Source of the DNA: Trichoplax adhaerens
Taxonomy: Eukaryota > Animalia > Placozoa
Direction of reading: 5' to 3'
NCBI RefSeq assembly: GCF_000150275.1
Contig: NW_002060945.1
Span: forward strand, 507,872 to 571,871
DNA length: 64,000 nucleotides
Under the pieces are notes generated by a model. The model had not been told where the DNA came from, ran no database searches, and saw only the letters and a list, made by a program, of their open reading frames with translations. Positions 12,701 through 25,459 of this stretch are shown here, piece by piece; position 1 is the stretch's first letter; each line of letters opens with the position of its first letter. The position numbers and the translations under genes were made by a program.

Positions 12701-15700
12701 ACCACTAATATTGATTATGAGATTACTATGAATTAATACATCTATCTTTACCGGAATTTATCTAGTGGAGAACAGTCTGGAGAAATATCTGATATTATTA
12801 GAAGATGCCGGTTAAAAATATCGCAATGATCATAATAAAAATAAACTTAATTATTAACATTAATTTCGCTAGCACATTTAATTGTATAGTGACATAATCA
12901 TTGTAACAACTCAGAATAATTAACTATAATAAATATCGATTGCCTCAACGTTACAACATATCGTAGCATGCAAAGAAATAGCAGATGTTTACTCAAATCT
13001 CGGATTATAATTGAAGCATCTTGTCGAAATTTTGTCATAGTAGTAGCCAACTGTAGGAAAGAATGACGCATATTAAGATAAATTAACTATTTTTAATAAT
13101 ATAACTCAACATCAATGTTTAATATTAAATACGAACATAGTTTGGCCTTAGTGGATGCCATTCCAGGTTATGATAAGATTTATTGTTAAGATCTACAAAT
13201 TTGTACAAATTATAGGTTATGAATATTATTTTTTACATTTAGTAGTATGTAATCAAATCTAGCAAGATATCATGAGTAAAATTCAATATGTGGTTATTTA
13301 CATTAATTTCTAGTAATTTTAAGATATGTTTCCAGTATTTTAGGAATAGTCAAATATTGTTTGATACTCACGATTATCAGCAATGGTATGAAAGTATCTC
13401 TGACTTCCATTTTGTACAAATCTAAAAAGTTATGAGTAAAGCATGTTAAGTTAATACCAACCACTTTAAATGTAATACATCAAGAGCTGTCTTAGCTATT
13501 TAAAATCACAGTGAAGTTTTAAAATCAACAACAAATAGCAAATCGTATAGAAAACTATTGTATAACACCTCAAAACCTTGTGAGTGAATAATTTTACCTC
13601 GTAATAACAGCCTTATTAGTATTTTTATTGGATATTGCTAATGCAAACACGAAATCATCATTGCGGCCTTGACTTGGTCTCCATGACACACTCTATTAAT
13701 ATCGTTAGGTTGAATTAATGATTCTATATGTAATGACTATTTCATGTTGTAAATTTTATTAATTCGGGATTTCTACGTTGTCTTTTTTACGTAGTTTACA
13801 GACAAGAAGACTTCCTTGATACTGATTGCTATCTTAGGCTTATTTAGACAAATGTAGTATCCCATAATATGATGTTGGTACAGTATATCCACGGAAGATA
13901 ATATAGTTTATCGTAACTGGCGAAGTATAGTCCAACAGAAGTCAACAACACTTTTGATAAAACTATAATACATGTAAAAAATACGCGTATATGTAATTAG
14001 TCCAATCCAATGATATTTACCTTGACAGTGCCAGAACAAGGAAAACTTTCCAAGGCATATGCATACATTCCATTATTGAGAGCAATCACTAAAAATGTAG
14101 AATAGACATAGGCATTAGAATTAGACACATACTTCAAGTTATATCCGAGACTTTATATATTATCAAGCAGCGGATATAAAATTTGCACACACAGGTCACA
14201 AGGCTAAGATTAGATTTGATAAAATATATTTGCAGAACTGGAATATTAATAGTGTGCAGGTATAAAGTTAATATTTCCATTTCGGTATAGCAATAGACTA
14301 TACGATATTGCATATTGAAACAATAATTACATTTGCTTTTGTCCACATATTCGCTGTCAGCATCCTGTAATGTTGTAACAGATAACAGATATAGAAATAC
14401 AAATAGGAATTAGATGATATCAAACCGCTTACTGCCAATTCTAATAAATACCTCTGATGAAATACTCTACAATTCTAATAAAAACATATAAGTAAATTTT
14501 GTAAGGTAGTATAACATTTACTATCACAGTGTTAAGACAGCATTAATGATGAAAAGTAATCGGTTTTTATACGATGAGCAATCATAAAGGAATTGTTTTT
14601 ACTGTAGCATTCGATCGATAGTATAACAATAATGTGGTCATAATACTGTATTATCGCATGGATCTATAATTTAAATGAATTACCAAACAACCTTCCTATA
14701 AAATCAATGCATGCAACTGTAAATTTAAACTTGGACATTTATCAATTACCTTGTTTATTATAAACAATGATGCAGTATCCTTAGCATACGTATACGAGTA
14801 TTTATACATTAAAATACAAATAAATAGATTATTGGAGGCTACCGTGCAAAAACATGCAGTAGTGTATACACCAATCACAACTTATTTTCACATACATTAT
14901 CATAAATGGATAATTTTTAGAACGTCTATTATAGTTATGGCTATCGGATGCAGTAATGGGCCAGGCCCTCCTGATGATCCCAGCGACTGGTAGAACATCT
15001 CGGATACCGTACGTAGGCTACTTTTAGCTCCATTACTATCGGCATTAAAGCTCAGGTCTAAGTTGAGTATCGTATCTCACTTTATATTCACTGTGGTCTA
15101 AGGTTGGCGCAATTACCAATTTACCGGTACAAGATCTAATTATGGATCTTTGTTATACACTTGAACATTTCGAACATGTAATGATATTGAAGACGTTAAT
15201 ATAATTCATTTATGAACAATCTCGTTCTGTTATTACTCTGCTACAAGGTAAGAGAAAAGTCTTGCTATTGATCAAATTTAGCTACTTATCCGAATTTAGA
15301 CGGTGCCGTATGATGACGTACTGTATTCTACATAGTATAAGCTATTAAGAAAAGTTCCACTTGTAAGTTACACAGAATCAACCCTAAAATCATTCTAAAC
15401 ATATTCATGTCCATTTTGCACTTAGCAGTCATTACAGGTAGGACTGTATAATAACAACGTTATTATTCATAATAGTCATGCTATAGACACGCATTTGCAG
15501 GTTATTGTTATCTTGGATATTATTCGATAGTATTTCGAGATTATGCATGTTGTAGCAACATCTCGACATTTGTTGACACTTACACTTCTGCTAAGCACAG
15601 TATAGATACAAAATTCCGATCCAGTGGATATAAATTTATCTTGATGATTACATGACCACAGAACACTATAATTGATGCCAGTATGCTGGCTGCTAACGCT

Positions 15701-15706
15701 TGTCAT
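6797..15706 (-). CDS. MIOS: GATOR2 complex subunit MIOS (WD40 + alpha-solenoid + C-terminal zinc finger), roughly 30 exons
   Basis: N-term MTSVSSQHTGINYSVLWSCNHQDKF; internal FCWLP, WCPSR, DIATKMNNRA, FERAAAISLFNLD, VAMALSGYT, RDRIAFACMFL; C-term LPKCAICL...GGHATHMESWF..NHNECPVQDCNCSC. All match MIOS as recalled. Confidence 0.93.
10350..10457 (-). other. U12-type AT-AC intron in MIOS (108 nt), followed by a probable 12-nt microexon (10349-10338)
   Basis: Donor ATATCTTT directly after ...FWSWIK; branch point TTGCCTTAAC (10380-10371); AC acceptor; frame is preserved into the next exon (GELRKDYRFEGV). Confidence 0.75.
11943..12028 (-). other. U12-type AT-AC intron in MIOS (86 nt)
   Basis: Donor ATATCCTG after ...DLRKTTSA; branch point TTCCTTAAT (11960-11952) just before the AC acceptor. 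Removal joins in frame to FCSWNVGAPISSLQWCPSR; retention shifts the frame. Confidence 0.85.
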
Positions 15707-16464
15707 GGTAGTTTTACTTGCTATAAAATCTCAATAGAGAGAATTAAAACACCACAATCGATTGCTAGCTTGACACGCTATAACATATGATCAACTCGTT
15801 TCCTGCTTGAAGAATACACAGCGATATCTTGTCTGGAAGCACCAGTTGTAGAGTCAATTTCGATTCTTGCCAGAATAAATCGGATGGATTTGACGAAGGT
15901 AAACAAGAGCCGAAGAGTTGAAAATGTCCATCTACTCGGTACCGTATCCACTGAGCAACTCAGACTCCAGACAGATGGATGGCCAGACAGAGCCGAGGTG
16001 TACAAGTAGGGTACAGTACAGTCCATGACTGGGATCGAAAACAGTAGCGGTAATATGCTGTTGGTTTCACGCGACACATCTCATACTGTACAGGTTACAT
16101 TAGTCTACGTATAACTCGATTTCTACGACAGCCATGATCGACTACAGTACGGTACAGTAGAAAAAGGCCTTGAGAATACTATAATGTCGTCATCGAACGG
16201 ATGCTCGATTCTATAATTCATTTCTTTTTCTAAGTACAGTAATATTCCACTGACTCCTATTCTGTTTTACTAATTCTGCTTAAAAGTAATAATAAATATT
16301 GTTAAATTAGTAAAAAGTAACTAAAGTGAATGATTTTGGTATTTTTCTCCGGCAAATTCTGGAGAATTCATATCGATCTTTCCGGCGTCATTGGTTTCAA
16401 GAGTCTGTCTATCCGAAGCGTCAGAGTCCGATCCGAGCGACCGGGTCGGGGTCTTTTTTTCGAG

Positions 16465-16690
16465 TACATAATACTGTACCGTACTGTACAATGTACAGTA
16501 CAGTACAGTGCATAGTGTACCGTACAGTATGCAGTATTGTAGTAAAGTACTATGCACTGTACATTGTACAGTACTGTACTGTACTAGGGCCATGTGCAAT
16601 CGGAATCCAGTACCTGTACTGGACTGAACAGGTCATACTGTACAGTACTGTAGCTGCAAGTGCATGTTATTTCACTACTGTAGTACAGTA
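16465..16690. repeat. CAGTA/TACTG pentamer tract in the MIOS/RPL27 divergent promoter
   Basis: atactgtaccgtactgtacaatgtacagtacagtacagtg...gtacagtactgtactgtactag; smaller patches near 16010 and 16141. Confidence 0.85.
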
Positions 16691-16724
16691 GAGTCTTTAG
16701 TCAGAGAGCCATATAGCCCATCAG

Positions 16725-16786
16725 CTTCCCTTTTTTCCTTCTCTTCCCTTGTAAGCAAAGCGACAAGTGATTTTTTGGGGCTGCAG
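16725..16786 (+). promoter_or_regulatory. RPL27 non-coding first exon starting in a polypyrimidine (TCT/5'TOP-type) initiator
   Basis: 26-nt pure pyrimidine run cttcccttttttccttctcttccctt (16725-16750), then CAG|GTAAGA donor at 16787; acceptor at 17691-17692 just before the ATG. Typical of ribosomal protein genes. Confidence 0.7.
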
Positions 16787-17704
16787 GTAAGACATGATGT
16801 ATCCCTAGCTTTATCGATAGCATCAGATCACCTATCGCTACACGATTTTCAAAATAATGTCCAGAAATTGTATCTATCGTTCATGTTGTTGTTATTTCCA
16901 CTTCGTTTTTATTTTATCGTCCCATTTTTGTGAATGAATGTTATACGATTGACTTTGCTTAAAGGGCAAGTCATGCCTCAATAAGAAGATATATCAAATA
17001 GAGGGAGAGACTGTAGATCGCATACTGATAACAGCATAGACATGAAATAGTTTCTATCCGAGATTTAGCGACGGTTGTTTGATAGCAATCGTCATCAAAG
17101 TATCATGAGAGGACGACAAAAGTTCCATGATAATAATACTCTGTTACGTTTATAGCAGTTATTGTAGTAGTTCATCTTGGCCAACGCAACACTTTCAACG
17201 ACCCGTTTTGAGTTCAAAGTCAGAATATGTAGTAGAAAGCGCGTTCCGAGGGTGCTTAGCTCGCCATGACTTACAGTACTCATCAGTGGTTAGCAACTGC
17301 CCAATGGCTATGAATAAATTGTCAATTTACTGGTAAAGATATCAGTTTAATGTACGTTTAACATGGAGGCGTTGCGCTATTTTATCAAACCCTTATAATG
17401 GTTACTGTACTCTTTCAATCATGGCAGTGCAATACCTTCGTAACACCAATCTCAGAAAAAACGGTCAAGTTTACTCATCGCACCATACTTTCAGTATTTT
17501 CCAAAGCGTGTAACCAATAAAATAGGGAAAATTATGAATATCGAATAAAATAAATTAAATTGAAGATGTGGGTCACTGTACATGCACTGAATCCTTCTTA
17601 TTTTTTCAAGCCATGTTATCATAATTCATGACTTATTATAACTTGTTAATTGTACCAATCGCAATTGATGATTGATTTGTGTTTCCATTTAGCACGAAAC
17701 CGCA

Positions 17705-18424
17705 ATGGGAAAATTCTTAAAATCTGGTAAAGCTGTTATAGTTTTGAGTGGCCGTTATGCAGGTCGCAAAGCTGTAATTATCAAAAATCACGATGACGGC
17801 ACTGGTGATAGGCAGTATGGACATGCTCTTGTTGCTGGTATATCTCGCTATCCATTGAGAATAACCAAGCGTATGGGCAAAAAACGTGCCAGCAAAAGAT
17901 CCAAGATAAAGCCATTTGTCAAAGTCTTCAACTACAACCATCTCATGCCTACACGGTACTACCCAATGTTTATATAATTCAAAAATTGATGTGTAATTAT
18001 CGTACAGTGGTATAGAGCTAGTTCTATAGCATAAAACATTGAAAGTTTGGTATATTAATAAAGACTACTGCACTATATTCGCTTTAACGTAGTATTACAA
18101 TTAATTAAAATTGATACATTGATTTTATGTTATCACAGCTACAACGTGGATATGTCATTCGATAAGCAAGTAGTCAACAAAGATGTTTTCCGTGATCCAG
18201 CTTTAAAAAAGAAGGCAGTTCGTTATGTTAAAGCTAACTTTGAAGACAGGTATGAGATCATTATAAGTTTATATGGCTACTTTTTAGAATGGAGAGTAAC
18301 TCTATTTGCATGGGACGTTAACTTCTATTTATGAAAAGCATGTAGTAATATTTACTCCTGTCTTTTCTTAAACAGATACAAAACTGGAAAGAATAAGTGG
18401 TTTTTCCAAAAATTAAGATTCTAA
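17705..18424 (+). CDS. RPL27: 60S ribosomal protein L27 (eL27); exons 17705-17955, 18139-18249, 18376-18424
   Basis: [25 protein letters not shown]...NYNHLMPTR|[26 protein letters not shown]...FEDR|[15 protein letters not shown]. Confidence 0.98.
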
Positions 18425-19799
18425 AACTCTGGTTTTAGTTGTACATTCTTAACACGAGATATTTCAATAAATTTGAACAAAAAATATGTTAATCGGTTGG
18501 AATTTTAATTTTTGTAACTCATGTAGGGTATTGTAGATCCATTCGCATGCCGTAGATATTATCATTATATATTTATCAATTTCGTTATGCTGGAGATCAA
18601 GTCAAATAATGATAGCTTGACGTAGAAAAAACTGCATTGACTCATATAAGTTTCAATGCGATATGATTATAAAATAGCGATCTTACCACAAGCCCCACTA
18701 CAATACTCCTGCCTCATAAGGTTAAGATTATTGTCATTCCAAATTACTAAACTATCCAACTGATGTGTTAGCGAGAAATGACAGCAACGCATTTCATGTA
18801 TACTTTCTGTGATTGTATATTATAGTATTAAAATGACTTTGATGAAGGTCCTGCATGCTTAAGTAGTAAATTGTTTACAAGCCAGTAGGCGTTAATCCAT
18901 TTACAGTTCATTATGTACTCGTAAATATTGGAAATTTGGAACAACTCAGACTGAAATAGGAGGAAAATCTAAATTATCTTTCAATTGGTACAATCATACA
19001 CCCAAGAAAGGCGAATGCATCTCTGAACGACCGTGCAATTTTTATATAACATGGATACTTTTATTCACTGTCAGTAATATTGACCTATAAATAGATGTAA
19101 ATTAAATCACAATTTTCAATTATATGTTAGTGCTACATTTCCATTATGTATATATATATTATATTAATAAGTGGCTATCATTATAACTATTAAGTGTAAA
19201 AACGAATCTTAAGTTGAGAAACAGCAATAGGTAGGTATACGATTACACATACTGTATATACTGGTATATATATACGCCTTGTATAGTATGTATATAGAAA
19301 CCTTTTAGTGGATACTAACACTATTTCATAAATCCGCTATTCCTGTAGACTTTATACAACATTACAAGATCTAAAAGGCAGCGTTTAGCCTCCTAAGTAT
19401 TACTTTTGATACGTGGTTAGCTTCAAATCGTACTACAGTCACTAAATAAAAGGCTAAATTTAAAATATTATTGAGTTGATGATAGAGCTGATCAATAGCT
19501 TAAATATTGTAGCAATGTAACTTTTGACTATTACAAAGCGTAGAGATACTACAAATTCATAGAGCGTTAAACTTACAGCTACGACATTTCACGTCTGTTA
19601 GTTATTATGTGAAACGAATCATAGCAAAGCCAAATAAAACTCAATTTAATTACAGATAAACTATATATATACCGTGAACAAATACATCATATTATATATC
19701 AAACATTCCATTCATACAACATACAGTAATTTCAGCATAAGCCGATATTTTTTATAAATTAAATTATATAGAATCGGATTTCTAAAATTTAAAAGTAGG

Positions 19800-22573
19800 T
19801 TAAATGAGTGAACAACCCCCATAACAGCTAGATGCCTTGGCCTCCCCATCTCTTTCACCAATTTTAAGGCCACTGTTACTTTTTTCAGTATCCCATAAGC
19901 CAGGTGTTTGAATAATCTATATCAAGCAATAACAATCATCAATGATTTCGATAGGCGCATTAAATACCTTTTGTACCTAATATCTTTTGCATCTAAAGCG
20001 CAGAACCAATAGTGTTGAGTTTCACTTACTTTATGCACTAATTCATCGAAGGCATCTTGAACATGATCACAGGTTTTTGCGCTACATAGACAATAATTGT
20101 TGAAATGTTATCAATTTTATTACAGATTTGAAAGATTAGGAAAGCAACCTTGCAACTTACACTGGTACTGTATTGTTAAGTAATCTATTCACCGATTGGA
20201 TTATTCACTTACCTGCATTCAGTAAATAGCATTTGATATCTTCTGGCAAAATTGGTTCCAGTCAATGTGTCGACTTCACGTTGATCCTAATTAAAATTAA
20301 ATGATATTATTTTGTTTACCGATTTGGGATATAACTAGAATATACACCCATTATACATATACGATTATATACTTATTCTCTATTGAGCTACTTTGTAATT
20401 CAATTATAAAGGTAAGTATCAATATCTATATGTTACCTTATCAATTTTGTTACCAACTAACATTTTGATGACATCGCGCTTTGTGCAATAGGTACGAAGT
20501 TCCGTTAGCCAATTTTCTAGCTTATCAAAAGAAGTTCTCTTGCTGGTATCATATACTATTCGCAAAAAGAAAAAGAGAAAGAATCTATCAATTTTGATTA
20601 CACCATACGCATATAGTATTACCAATTAAGCTGTTATCCTTAATTGTTTACCTAAAATAACCCCTTGAGCCCCACGATAATAGCTTGGAGTCAAAGTACG
20701 AAATCTTTCTTGACCCGCCGTATCCTACGAAAAATACATACATTTTCTCTTCAGATACTTTCCCTAACATTAAATTCTCTATTTATGTACCCGTTCTGAT
20801 TACGAATTAGCATAAAATGATAGAGGTTATCATCAATGCAGAGGACTGTTATACAAAGTGTATCTAATTACGCACATTTTGACCTTATCAGTATGATCCT
20901 GATAGGATAATTACTATAGGAATCTAAATTTTATTACTATTGCTGTACTAGCAGATGTATACTTGTATATACCCAAATAGCCAATTTTACGCGGTTGCCT
21001 TCGACATTAACAGTTTTAATTTTAAAGTCAACTCCTGAAAAGTGAAAATAGAAAAGCAGAATACGATAAATAATGATGCACAATACATTTAGTACATTTA
21101 GTAAGTGTAATTGAAAACTTGTCTCGTATTATATGTATGTCCTAAATAGAACACTGCATCGTACTTCAATTCTAATCTGTAATCTCAAATAGTACAGCCA
21201 TTTATGGATCCTCTATGCACTTTAGCAGTAGTTATTTAATTCTTGCGATTTATGGCAATTATACAATAATTTTTACTATTATGATAATAGGCCAACAAAA
21301 ATCACGACAGTTTATTAAAATTGATCTGAATTAGGTTTTAGACTACTTCTACATAGTATGTCTAGTATAGTATTTTCCATGAAATTGAAGACTAATATCT
21401 ACTTAGCATACTGTAGAGAGTACAGATATGCCAGGTATCACTGACATGATTAGTTATATATATTATATATCAACAATAGCTGTTGATTTCTATAAAAGAT
21501 ACAAATGCATCAAGTGCAATATTTTGGCAGTGCAGCAGAGTGCAGTATAATGGTCAAGGTAAACTATCAGATAAGTAAGACAGATTGGTAGATCTTAAAT
21601 TGATATAAAAAGGATTAAACTGTATTATCAAGCTATTTAACCAATTACCGCTATATAGACTACAACTATCCAAATGTAGTACGTATAGTCAACAATTATA
21701 CAACATTAATGATGGTATTTGTATACAGTAATTTAATTTCTTCCTGAAACAGCTAATTATTCTGTAAAGCGATAATTAATGTTATTCTTAATCCATGTAT
21801 GATGAATCATCGTCAGTGATCAATAAGAGATTGATAGCGAATACAACGTTGATAATAGACGTTTCCGAATGAGGTAACACTACCGATGTAACAGTTTTCT
21901 AAAATGACGGAGCATTCCATGTTGTTACGAGTAGAGTATATAAAAATACTAACCGATCGTTGCCGACTGTTCAGGATCAAATTGGTCGTCGGTGAAACGG
22001 AGTAGAAGGCTATAAAAGAAAAATTGAAAACATACAGTTTTATGTATCAGAAGCACACCAGTCGTTACTGATGCAATATGGATTATTAGAATAGCGAAAT
22101 AATGACGGCATGTAGTAAGCTAACATCATTTGTACACGCCAATAATAATGTCACCTGTAGAAAGCAGTTAGGTCTAGATCGAAAATACTGTCTACTAAAT
22201 TGAACATTACATATTGGAGTATTTAGAACACTGTAAAGACAGAGAATCAATACTGTGGAGAATGACTATCTGGCAGAGAGATCAACAATATTTCTATACG
22301 CGTATCATCATAATTATTGCAAGTAGAGGGTCGATATTGATCCTAAATCCATCTCAATCTATTCATGCGAAGATAGAAATAGATAGGAGTCGTATGTCAA
22401 CCAAGTTGATTTAAAACTGCCCTCGATTCCAATACTGTACACTATACTGTAGTCTCATCGACTCTAAAGTGTTTGTGATCACTGTCTTGCTTGCTAAGCG
22501 TGCTGTACCTGGATTTACCAACGCCAGCTTCGCCTATAATTAAGATCTTTAGTGTAGCAATAACGTCGTCCAT
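19800..22573 (-). CDS. RAB18: Ras-related GTPase Rab18, 8 exons
   Basis: [22 protein letters not shown]|[19 protein letters not shown]|[20 protein letters not shown]|[24 protein letters not shown]|[12 protein letters not shown]|..SAKT..|IIQTPGLWD...[18 protein letters not shown] and the CaaX-type end are characteristic of Rab18. Confidence 0.96.
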
Positions 22574-23579
22574 GGTTTAGCCTTGTCAGTTAGATCAATC
22601 TGGCAATATTATCATGTAAAAGGCCTGAAAAATGGCTGCTGGCCGGATGTAGTTGTTGGATTGATGAAAGGAAAATACAAGGCTAGGCACCCAAAGTGTA
22701 CAGTACTGCAGTACTGGACTGCACACTACACGCACTAGCGTACAGTAGACTTTATTATGACTGGTATGGTATGACTGGTGGAGTGAGTAATGGTCGTATA
22801 GTACTTTACCAATTAGTCATGGACGTCCAGAATCCGGATACATTTAGCTGGACACTTGCCTCGGACGGTCAGACATTTCTGCCTAATCTTGTACAGCTCT
22901 ATAATAAATTAATAATACTATTTCAAACACTTCCATTCGCCATCATGTTATCAAGTGGATCCTCGATTTTGTCATTCACTTATTTTTCTAAATTAAGTAA
23001 TATTACATTGAAATCTATTTTGTTTTACAAAGTTCTGCTGGAAAGCAGTTTTTTAGGTGATAAATATTTATTTTTAAATTAGTACAAGCGATGAAGAAAT
23101 ATAGACACTAAACATCCATACTATGGAAGTGATTTTTCGAGATTTGAACAGGAGTCATTTGGTCTCAAAAGGTCTGTCCGTCCGCACAATGTCCAGTCCA
23201 ATGGAGCATGGAGTACACTAGAGACTTTACGGTGGGCCAAAGGGACAATTTTCCCGAGCAGAATGTGAACAGTTGTGAAAAAGAATTTCTACACAGTAGA
23301 GTGCAAATTCTACGGTGTAGAAATCATTTCTACACAGTAACTGTACTGATTGTGCTCTGTAAAGTTGTCCCTTTTGGCCCACCGTATTTACTGTAAAAAG
23401 AGAAAACAGGACAGACAAGAACGGACTACACCAATAACAACAGTGTAGCACAAGCGGCATCCTACACGATTTCATCATACTGTAATTGAATGGCAAAAGT
23501 GCTACAGTATGCAGTAGAGGAGTAATGGCATTTCCCCAAACAAGGAATGGAATACGCAAGATGTCATACGGACTACAAT

Positions 23580-24235
23580 AACACTGTACGCATGCGTACA
23601 GTACTTTATGCTCTCCGTTGAAATGATTCTCTAATTTAAACATGACGCAATGTTTGAAAACCTGAACCCATTTGCTTGGCGACTAATTCATTCTGCCTAA
23701 TTACAGTACAGTACTGTAGATTGGCAGTACTGTACTCTTACAGTATTATGGCTGTACTGTACACTGTACACTGTACAGTGGATGTAGCAGTCTGAGTAAG
23801 TCGGTCAGTCCGTGTGTCTGACAAAAGTTAGCGGTAGAATTGAAAATTTCTCCCTAGGTACAGTTGAATCGATAGACAATCATAAGATTTACAGTCTGAG
23901 TAAGTCGGTCAGTCTGCATGTCTGACAAAAGTTAGCGGTAGAATTGAAAATTTCTCTCTAGGTACAGTACAGTAGAGTCGATATAGATAACCATAAGATT
24001 TACAGTATAATAACTCAGTATCGACCAACAAGGTTGGATAGTATCGACTATCGCGATACGCTCGAGGTACAGTACAGTACTGAGTAATGAGAGCAGTAGC
24101 ATACTGTACTGTACAGTGTGCACATACGCTGTACGGTAACGTGGACTACCGTACTGCACTGTACTGTACTGTATACTGTACAGTACAGTACGATAGTCAA
24201 TTACATCGAGTATTGCAGAGACTGTACAGTACATT
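23580..24235. repeat. CAGTA/TACTG pentamer tracts in the RAB18/AAAS divergent promoter
   Basis: Blocks at ~23580-23780 and ~24065-24235 (e.g. gtactgcactgtactgtactgtatactgtacagtacagtacg); a smaller patch at 22696-22745. Confidence 0.85.
23788..24006. repeat. Two near-identical tandem copies of a ~104-bp unit
   Basis: cagtctgagtaagtcggtcagtc..gtctgacaaaagttagcggtagaattgaaaatttctc.ctaggtacagt starts at 23788 and again at 23892. Confidence 0.9.
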
Positions 24236-25459
24236 ACTAGTCAGGACAGAGAGTCTTCATTGACCGTTACCGCTCCCACTAAGGTCTTGCAGATCGTGCC
24301 CAAAGGTCCTCAGCAATTTCTATCCATTGCTTAATATTCTTGCCTTCAAGCATTTTTGCAACAACAGTTCTTAACTTGGACGCCATTGACGATAGGTAGA
24401 GTATAGACTATGGATCAATTTTTCTTAAAGATACAACGGTTGTATAACTTGCAGACTGTTCAAACCAATTGTGACGCTTATTGACCAAGTTGAATCTTGA
24501 TTCATTTTCTCCCTGTAGTTTCTTTCCTTATTAATTGCAATCAAATCATTCAATGGCGATAGTAGTACAGATAATGATTGCTGTAAGACTGTCTGTCAAT
24601 GATATCACCGTAGTTACAGTATCGATCAGAGTATTACAAAGTTGAAAATTTGACACAATCATCTGCTTCATTTTAGACTTTCCACTCTAAACCTACTTAC
24701 TAAACGAGTAGAATACGAATATCGCTAGCATGGCTTATTACTTGACCTACTCCCACAGTGAATTCGTCAATGTCACTACCGATGGATTCGCTGTTCTGAT
24801 TGTGATACTAATAGAATATTACTTATGATACGTGGTACGCAATTGATTGTGATAGCTGCAACAGGGTAGTCTAACCTAATGTTAAATCAGTCTTTCGGCT
24901 TTATAATTTCATTGAGCTTAGTGTAAATGGCTTTCAATGATGTCATTAGTAGTCACTTGTAGCAGACATCACTATCAATTTCGTATCTCAGCGAATAATC
25001 ACTGTAAAACTATGAACAAAATCTCGAGAAGACACCAACAGTTTTATGACCTGTAGACCGTTTAAACCATTCACTACGGCCGCTGTCATTGAGTAAGATG
25101 ATCTTAATTCATCTTATTCTAGTATGATGACTGTGTAGTACAGTATTATTCCTGAAAGTCTTCCTGCAATCACAGTACTACAAGTTGAAAATTTTGCACA
25201 ATACTTTAATTTGCCACGTTTTAGATTTGCAACTTTAAATATTACAGTTACTAGACTGGCATGTAGCAAGTATAGTGCACTTCGGAACGTATAGTAAACT
25301 AATCAATGTCACTGCAAATTAGATAGCTATATCTGGATATACTACTGGTAGAATGCCACTTATGCTACTAGTAATACTACAAATAACCGTAAACCTGGAA
25401 CGTTTCTTTCTTAATTTTAATATAGAAATTCTGATTTTACTTCATATAGGATTCAATCA

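Noticed and set aside
15030-15085. TPP-riboswitch-like words on the minus strand (TGAGA..ATACTC..ACCTGA..TAATGCC)
   Set aside because: The P2, P4 and P5 pairings cannot be formed and the 3' GCGNAGG is missing; probably chance.
15375-15395. AACCCTAA as a telomerase RNA template
   Set aside because: Only an 8-mer; no recognisable pseudoknot or H/ACA domain follows, and the RNA would run antisense through MIOS exon 1.
17190-17278. H/ACA snoRNA in RPL27 intron 1 (AGAATA at 17222, ACA at 17273)
   Set aside because: The hairpins are short and weak, the H-to-ACA distance is short and I could not identify a target; it would need snoReport or Infernal support.
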